Program-made: the position numbers and the translations under genes
Virus record (IMG/VR): IMGVR_UViG_2541047903_000002
Direction: 5' to 3' (one strand)
Length of the DNA: 23,450 nucleotides
Source: a virus
Taxonomy: Duplodnaviria > Heunggongvirae > Uroviricota > Caudoviricetes
Shown here: positions 17,945-23,450 of the stretch, piece after piece
Position numbering within the stretch: position 1 is the first letter of the stretch
How the letters are laid out: the number at the start of each line of letters is the position of its first letter
Notes under the pieces: generated by a model
Databases searched by the model: none
Told to the model about the DNA's origin: nothing
What the model saw: only the letters and a program-made list of their open reading frames with translations

Positions 17945-18424
17945 CTTATTATCCTGCATTGTTAAAAACGGCAGAATCCTATGTGACAACAATTAAACGA
18001 TAGTTAAATGGATTGATGAAAATTAAAACTACACAGGTGGGCTCAGACTATTGGAGGAAGTTGGGGACACTCAGAATCCTGTGGAATGAAATAAACCGGT
18101 CTATCCGTCCATTACCCTTTTAGCTGCGCTGTATCGTCGCCGTATTCCCGCATTAACCATGACCGTAGCCCGACGGGGAATTCCTTCTGCGTGAGTGTGC
18201 GGGAATAATTAAAAACGATGCACACCGGGTTTTTACCGCGTTAATGATTCGCGGGTTTATCCCGGTGCGATGGTGGAAGAAACAGGAAGCTGTATTACAG
18301 AAAGTGCTACTACTGTATCCCGATGCGATGTATGTAATGTGAGTCAGATAATGGCACAGGATGTGGTGATGTGGCAGTCTGGAACACAGGATATATTGTC
18401 AGAATAAGACCCGTAGGAATAAAA

Positions 18425-18751
18425 ATGAAAAGACGCCTTTTACTACTTTTTCTGTTATCTGTCCTGGCAGTGGGATGCTCGCAGCAAAAAGCTGATGAGC
18501 CCCGGCAATTAGTGACGGTGTATCCACGATATCCGGAATATGCTGCAGCAAATTATATCAAGGGGCTGGTTGAGGTTAAGTTCGATATTGGTGCTGATGG
18601 GACTGTGACACGGATCGTTTTTCTCCGCTCAGAGCCTCATAATTTGTTTCGTGATGAAGTGGTGAAGGCCATGGCGAAATGGCGATTTGAAAAGAATCGC
18701 CCCTGTCAGGGAGTGAAGAGACAATTTATCTTTACGCCGTCACGTCCTTGA
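18425..18751 (+). CDS. Lipoprotein with a TonB C-terminal-like domain
   Basis: Signal peptide plus lipobox (LAVGCS); PRYPEYAAANYIKGLVEVKFDIGADGTV resembles the TonB C-terminal fold signature. Confidence 0.55.
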   Translation: MKRRLLLLFLLSVLAVGCSQQKADEPRQLVTVYPRYPEYAAANYIKGLVEVKFDIGADGTVTRIVFLRSEPHNLFRDEVVKAMAKWRFEKNRPCQGVKRQFIFTPSRP

Positions 18752-18840
18752 TGCTTCCAGGTAGAGAGGGGCTGGAAGCAGGAGAAAAATGAAAGAGCCA
18801 GCGGTTATATTTTTGTCATGGCTGACGAGGAATGATGGAA

Positions 18841-18880
18841 GAAGGCGTTGTATGCCACACAACGCCTCACTGTTCATTTC
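18841..18880 (+). terminator. Intrinsic terminator after the TonB-C-like gene
   Basis: Hairpin GGCGTTGT-ATGCCAC-ACAACGCC followed by a T-rich tract. Confidence 0.5.
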
Positions 18881-19053
18881 TTCTTTTTCTCTGGTGGAAC
18901 CCGATGAATAAGAGTTGCACTGGTTTCCGATGAGATGGCGATATACTCGGGCAAAGTATGCTGGCAGTTTTCCAACTGGTCAAAAATACCTGCTCTCGTC
19001 TGTTGCAATGCCTGCAGCATGCGGCGGCAATGCGCCTTGCTTTTACTAACCAT
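18874..19053 (-). CDS. Hypothetical small protein (59 aa, Lys-rich C-terminus)
   Basis: Internal ATG of the 117-aa track ORF, preceded by a GGAAGGAAAG purine-rich stretch; the longer form would overlap the next ORF. Confidence 0.3.
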   Translation of the reverse strand: MVSKSKAHCRRMLQALQQTRAGIFDQLENCQHTLPEYIAISSETSATLIHRVPPEKKKK

Positions 19054-19114
19054 CTTTCCTTCCTCTATCAGTCGCTGCGTGAACTCATCATGGAATACCA
19101 GGTAAATGCGGATG

Positions 19115-19366
19115 TTATCGGTTTTGGCTACGCAGCATAGTACAAAACGGACAGGTGCATCCCGGGACGGGGGAGGCGTCACATGTCCCTGTGATGGTTG
19201 TTCCGGGTAATGTACTGTGTGGGGCATAAAAATGTCCGATAATTTTACTTTCTACCGCAGTTAGTTGATTCGTTGGTCCTGGTAGCACATTGGGCGAGGA
19301 TTTAAATGCCAGGCAACTGAAGGATGATGTCGCAAGGGAGATAGCGAGAATATTTCTGATTTTCAT
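19115..19366 (-). CDS. Hypothetical small secreted protein with signal peptide and Cys-rich C-terminus
   Basis: MKIRNILAISLATSSFSCLA... then TGTCDASPVPGCTCPFC; start placed in frame at the ATG of the track ORF. Confidence 0.35.
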   Translation of the reverse strand: MKIRNILAISLATSSFSCLAFKSSPNVLPGPTNQLTAVESKIIGHFYAPHSTLPGTTITGTCDASPVPGCTCPFCTMLRSQNR

Positions 19367-19514
19367 TTGATGATGCCTCTGTGTGAAATGACGGTAAACG
19401 ACGCACTTGTGCCGGCACATAATAGCAAGCACCATAATAGATCAGATTCGATTCTTGCTGTAAGTGATAATTATTCTCGTTTTCGGGTCCTTTCCGTCGA
19501 TCCAACAGGTTACG

Positions 19515-19526
19515 GGGCGGCGACCT
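19515..19526. other. cosN cohesive-end site, lambda type
   Basis: CAACAGGTTACG followed by GGGCGGCGACCT and CGCGG(T)TTTTC(A)CTATTTATGAAAATTTT matches the lambda genome ends from memory; Nu1 begins about 175 nt downstream. Confidence 0.8.
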
Positions 19527-19702
19527 CGCGGTTTTTCACTATTTATGAAAATTTTTCAGGGAAAATCGTGTCGGTACTTCTCGAATATAACTTTTTGTTT
19601 TTTTTAATATTGCATCCGTAAAGGTCCGACATGAAAGTGTCCGAAAATGCCTTTTTCTGGCGTTTTCATGTCGGGCCTTGTATTTGATAATGGGTTGTTT
19701 TC

Positions 19703-20251
19703 ATGAAGGTTAATAAAAAGAGGCTTGCCGAAATTTTCAACGTGGACCCGCGGACGATTGAACGCTGGCAGTCTCAGGGACTCCCTTGCGCCTCCAAAGG
19801 TAGTAAGGGCATTGAATCTGTATTTGATACTGCCATGGCAATTCAGTGGTATGCGCAGAGGGAAACTGATATCGAAAACGAAAAGCTCCGCAAAGAACTG
19901 GACGATTTGCGTGCGGCAGCGGAGTCAGATTTACAACCCGGCACCATTGACTATGAACGCTACCGGCTCACAAAAGCGCAGGCAGATGCGCAGGAACTGA
20001 AAAATGCCCGTGAAGACGGAGTAGTGCTGGAAACTGAACTGTTTACCTTCATTCTGCAACGTGTGGCACAGGAGATTTCGGGGATACTTGTGCGTGTGCC
20101 GTTGACATTACAGCGTAAATATCCGGACATTTCACCATCACACCTTGATGTGGTGAAAACTGAAATCGCGAAAGCCTCCAATGTTGCAGCTAAGGCCGGT
20201 GAAAACGTGGGCGGGTGGATCGATGATTTCAGACGCGCAGAAGGCAGCTAA
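19703..20251 (+). CDS. nu1: Terminase small subunit Nu1
   Basis: [28 protein letters not shown]... Nu1-like winged-helix N-terminus. Confidence 0.9.
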
Positions 20252-22151
20252 TGCAGCCGGTGCGATAGCTACAGGGCTTTTATCTCTCATTATTCCTGTT
20301 CCACTGACGACAGTTCAGTGGGCCAATAAACATTATTACCTTCCTAAAGAGTCGTCTTATACCCCGGGGCGATGGGAAACACTGCCGTTTCAGGTTGGCA
20401 TCATGAACTGTATGGGCAACGATCTGATTCGCACGGTTAACCTGATTAAATCTGCCCGTGTTGGTTATACAAAGATGTTGCTGGGAGTGGAGGCTTATTT
20501 TATTGAGCATAAATCACGCAACAGCCTTCTTTTTCAGCCCACGGACTCAGCTGCTGAAGATTTTATGAAATCTCATGTTGAGCCAACGATAAGGGATGTT
20601 CCTGCATTGCTGGAGCTGGCTCCATGGTTCGGAAGAAAACACCGCGATAATACGCTCACCCTGAAGCGTTTTTCCTCCGGTGTGGGGTTCTGGTGTCTGG
20701 GTGGTGCGGCAGCAAAAAACTACCGTGAAAAATCCGTGGATGTGGTCTGTTATGACGAGCTTTCCTCGTTCGAACCGGATGTTGAAAAAGAGGGTTCGCC
20801 AACCCTGCTGGGGGATAAACGTATTGAGGGCTCTGTATGGCCAAAATCCATTCGCGGCTCGACGCCTAAAATCAAAGGCTCCTGCCAGATCGAAAAAGCC
20901 GCTAACGAGTCGGCACACTTCATGCGTTTTTATGTGCCCTGTCCGCACTGTGGGGAGGAGCAGTATCTGAAATTTGGCGATGATGCCTCGCCTTTCGGTC
21001 TTAAGTGGGAGAAGAATAAGCCAGAAAGTGTTTTCTACCTTTGTGAGCATCATGGCTGTGTGATCCATCAGTCTGAGCTTGACCAGAGTAACGGGCGGTG
21101 GATCTGTGAAAACACGGGCATGTGGACCCGTGACGGCCTGATGTTTTTCAGCGCCCGGGGTGATGAAATTCCGCCGCCGCGCTCCATCACTTTCCATATC
21201 TGGACGGCGTACAGTCCGTTCACCACCTGGGTACAGATTGTCTATGACTGGCTGGATGCACTGAAAGATCCCAACGGCCTGAAAACCTTTGTGAACACCA
21301 CGCTGGGCGAGACCTGGGAAGAGGCTGTGGGCGAAAAACTCGATCACCAGGTGCTGATGGATAAGGTTGTGCGTTACACGGCGGCGGTGCCTGCCCGGGT
21401 GGTTTATCTGACGGCGGGCATTGACTCGCAGCGAAACCGTTTTGAGATGTATGTCTGGGGATGGGCTCCGGGAGAGGAAGCCTTTCTGGTGGATAAAATC
21501 ATCATTATGGGGCGTCCCGATGAGGAAGAGACGCTGTTACGTGTGGATGCGGCGATCAACAAAAAATACCGCCATGCAGACGGAACCGAAATGACCATTT
21601 CCCGTGTCTGCTGGGACATCGGGGGGATCGATGGCGAAATCGTTTATCAGAGGTCAAAAAAACACGGTGTTTTCCGGGTGCTGCCGGTAAAAGGCGCGTC
21701 TGTCTATGGCAAGCCGGTGATCACCATGCCGAAAACCCGCAATCAGCGGGGCGTTTATCTGTGTGAAGTGGGGACGGACACCGCAAAAGAAATTCTCTAT
21801 GCCCGTATGAAAGCCGAGCCCACGCCTGCGGATGAAGCCACGTCGTATGCCATCCGTTTTCCTGATGATCCGGAGATTTTTTCGCAGACAGAGGCGCAGC
21901 AACTGGTCGCGGAAGAGCTTGTGGAGAAGTGGGAAAAAGGAAAGATGCGTCTGCTGTGGGATAACAAAAAGCGGCGTAACGAAGCGCTGGACTGCCTGGT
22001 GTATGCCTACGCGGCATTACGTGTGTCCGTGCAACGCTGGCAGCTTGATCTGGCTGTACTGGCAAAATCCCGGGAAGAAGAGACGACCCGGCCAACCCTT
22101 AAAGAACTGGCAGCGAAGCTGTCCGGAGGAGTGAATGGTTACAGTCGCTGA
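20223..22151 (+). CDS. A: Terminase large subunit A
   Basis: Lambda gpA-like throughout ([20 protein letters not shown]..., Walker-type ATPase region); start placed at an in-frame ATG near the Nu1 end. Confidence 0.9.
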
Positions 22152-22341
22152 ACTGCAGGCGCTGCGTCAGGCGCGCCTTGATTTATTAACCGGTAAACGG
22201 GTGGTGTCTGTCCAGAAAGATGGTCGCAGAATTGAATATACGGCGGCTTCTCTGGATGAGCTTAACCGGGCGATCAATGATGCGGAGTCGGTACTGGGGA
22301 CAACCCGGTGTCGCCGTCGTCCGCTGGGAGTGAGGTTATGA
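22135..22341 (+). CDS. W: Head-tail joining protein W
   Basis: 68 aa with TGKRVVSVQKDGRRIEYTAASL, lambda gpW-like. Confidence 0.85.
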   Translation: MVTVAELQALRQARLDLLTGKRVVSVQKDGRRIEYTAASLDELNRAINDAESVLGTTRCRRRPLGVRL

Positions 22342-23450
22342 AACGAACGCCTGTCCTGATTGATGTGAACGGCGTTCCGCTTCGTGAGAGTCTCAGCTAC
22401 AACGGGGGCGGTGCAGGATTTGGCGGGCAAATGGCTGAGTGGTTGCCACCGGCGCAGAGTGCCGATGCGGCCCTGCTGCCCGCGTTGCGTCTGGGGAATG
22501 CCCGGGCAGATGATCTGGTGCGCAATAACGGAATAGCGGCTAATGCGGTGGCCCTGCATAAGGATCACATTGTCGGGCATATGTTTCTGATCAGCTACCG
22601 TCCGAACTGGCGCTGGCTGGGGATGCGGGAGACCGCAGCAAAAAGCTTTGTCGATGAGGTGGAGGCGGCCTGGTCGGAATACGCCGAAGGGATGTTTGGC
22701 GAGATCGACGTGGAAGGAAAACGCACGTTCACGGAATTTATCCGTGAAGGTGTGGGCGTTCATGCGTTTAACGGCGAAATCTTTGTGCAGCCGGTCTGGG
22801 ATACGGAAACCACGCAGTTATTCCGTACGCGTTTTAAAGCCGTGAGTCCGAAACGGGTGGACACGCCTGGACACGGTATGGGGAACCGTTTTCTGCGGGC
22901 CGGTGTGGAGGTCGATCGATATGGCCGTGCCGTCGCGTACCATATCTGTGAGGATGATTTTCCGTTCTCTGGTAGTGGACGATGGGAACGGATCCCGCGT
23001 GAACTTCCCACCGGGCGTCCGGCCATGCTGCATATTTTCGAGCCGGTGGAGGACGGGCAGACCCGTGGGGCTAATCAGTTTTACAGCGTCATGGAACGGC
23101 TGAAGATGCTCGATTCCCTGCAGGCAACACAGCTTCAGTCGGCCATAGTGAAGGCGATGTATGCAGCGACGATTGAAAGTGAACTTGATACCGAAAAGGC
23201 CTTTGAATATATCGCCGGCGCGCCACAGGAGCAGAAGGATAATCCGCTTATTAATATTCTGGAGAAGTTCTCCAGCTGGTATGACACGAATAACGTGACA
23301 CTGGGCGGTGTCAAAATTCCGCACCTTTTCCCTGGTGATGATCTGAAACTACAGACTGCGCAGGATTCAGACAATGGATTTTCTGCGCTTGAACAGGCGC
23401 TGCTGCGGTATATCGCCGCCGGTCTTGGCGTTTCCTACGAACAGTTGTCC
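22338..23450 (+). CDS. B: Portal protein B, 5' partial (runs past the window end)
   Basis: Hand translation from the ATG overlapping the W stop gives lambda gpB-like sequence (GNARADDLVRNNG, FEPVEDGQTRGANQFYSVME) with no stop up to 23450; missing from the track because it has no stop in the window. Confidence 0.85.
   Translation, partial: MKRTPVLIDVNGVPLRESLSYNGGGAGFGGQMAEWLPPAQSADAALLPALRLGNARADDLVRNNGIAANAVALHKDHIVGHMFLISYRPNWRWLGMRETAAKSFVDEVEAAWSEYAEGMFGEIDVEGKRTFTEFIREGVGVHAFNGEIFVQPVWDTETTQLFRTRFKAVSPKRVDTPGHGMGNRFLRAGVEVDRYGRAVAYHICEDDFPFSGSGRWERIPRELPTGRPAMLHIFEPVEDGQTRGANQFYSVMERLKMLDSLQATQLQSAIVKAMYAATIESELDTEKAFEYIAGAPQEQKDNPLINILEKFSSWYDTNNVTLGGVKIPHLFPGDDLKLQTAQDSDNGFSALEQALLRYIAAGLGVSYEQLS

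Noticed and set aside
17651-17992. Extended 113-aa form of bor (track start 17992), and ORFs 17732..17965 and 17458..17670
   Set aside because: The lipoprotein signal peptide begins at the internal MKKML (17944); the others are antisense or out of frame within bor and Rz.
18958-19140. 60-aa plus-strand ORF between the lipoprotein gene and cos
   Set aside because: Overlaps the two leftward small ORFs and lies just after a plus-strand terminator; kept as unlikely but not formally excluded.
19367-19621. 84-aa plus-strand ORF, and minus-strand ORF 19302..19505
   Set aside because: They span the cos site and cosB region, which is non-coding in lambda-type genomes.
20547-21347. 266-aa minus-strand ORF (and 20280..20510, 20656..20844) inside the terminase large-subunit gene
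   Set aside because: Antisense to a well-supported lambda-like gene A; no start context or recognisable sequence; typical spurious antisense ORFs in GC-rich coding DNA.
21404-23374. Minus-strand ORFs 21404..21619, 21654..21902, 21721..22095, 22167..22763, 22760..23026, 22818..23324, 23135..23374 and plus-strand 21832..22134
   Set aside because: All lie antisense to, or out of frame within, terminase A, W and portal B, whose translations match lambda proteins.

Overview
This window is a lambdoid prophage of mosaic lambda / DLP12 / phage-21 type, read from the left arm to the start of the head genes. Gene order: integrase (split by an IS10 insertion), xis, a short early-left operon (carrying an IS911-like element), a sieB-like gene, an N antiterminator with nutL and pL, a two-gene cassette of unknown function in the slot where lambda carries rexAB, a chimeric cI, cro, nutR, cII, O (with ori iterons), P, ren, ninB, an adenine methyltransferase, ninE, rusA, Q, an nmpC-type porin on the opposite strand, a phage-21-type lysis cassette (holin, SAR endolysin, Rz/Rz1), bor, a TonB-C-like lipoprotein, cos, then Nu1, terminase A, W and a partial portal gene B. 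The most promising candidate for a new system is the cI-linked two-gene cassette at 7172-8478. Family assignments rest on my recollection of lambda, P22, phage 21 and E. coli K-12 DLP12 proteins; no database search was run. CDS coordinates follow the supplied ORF track with starts adjusted in frame; small motifs I located by eye may be off by 1-2 nt.
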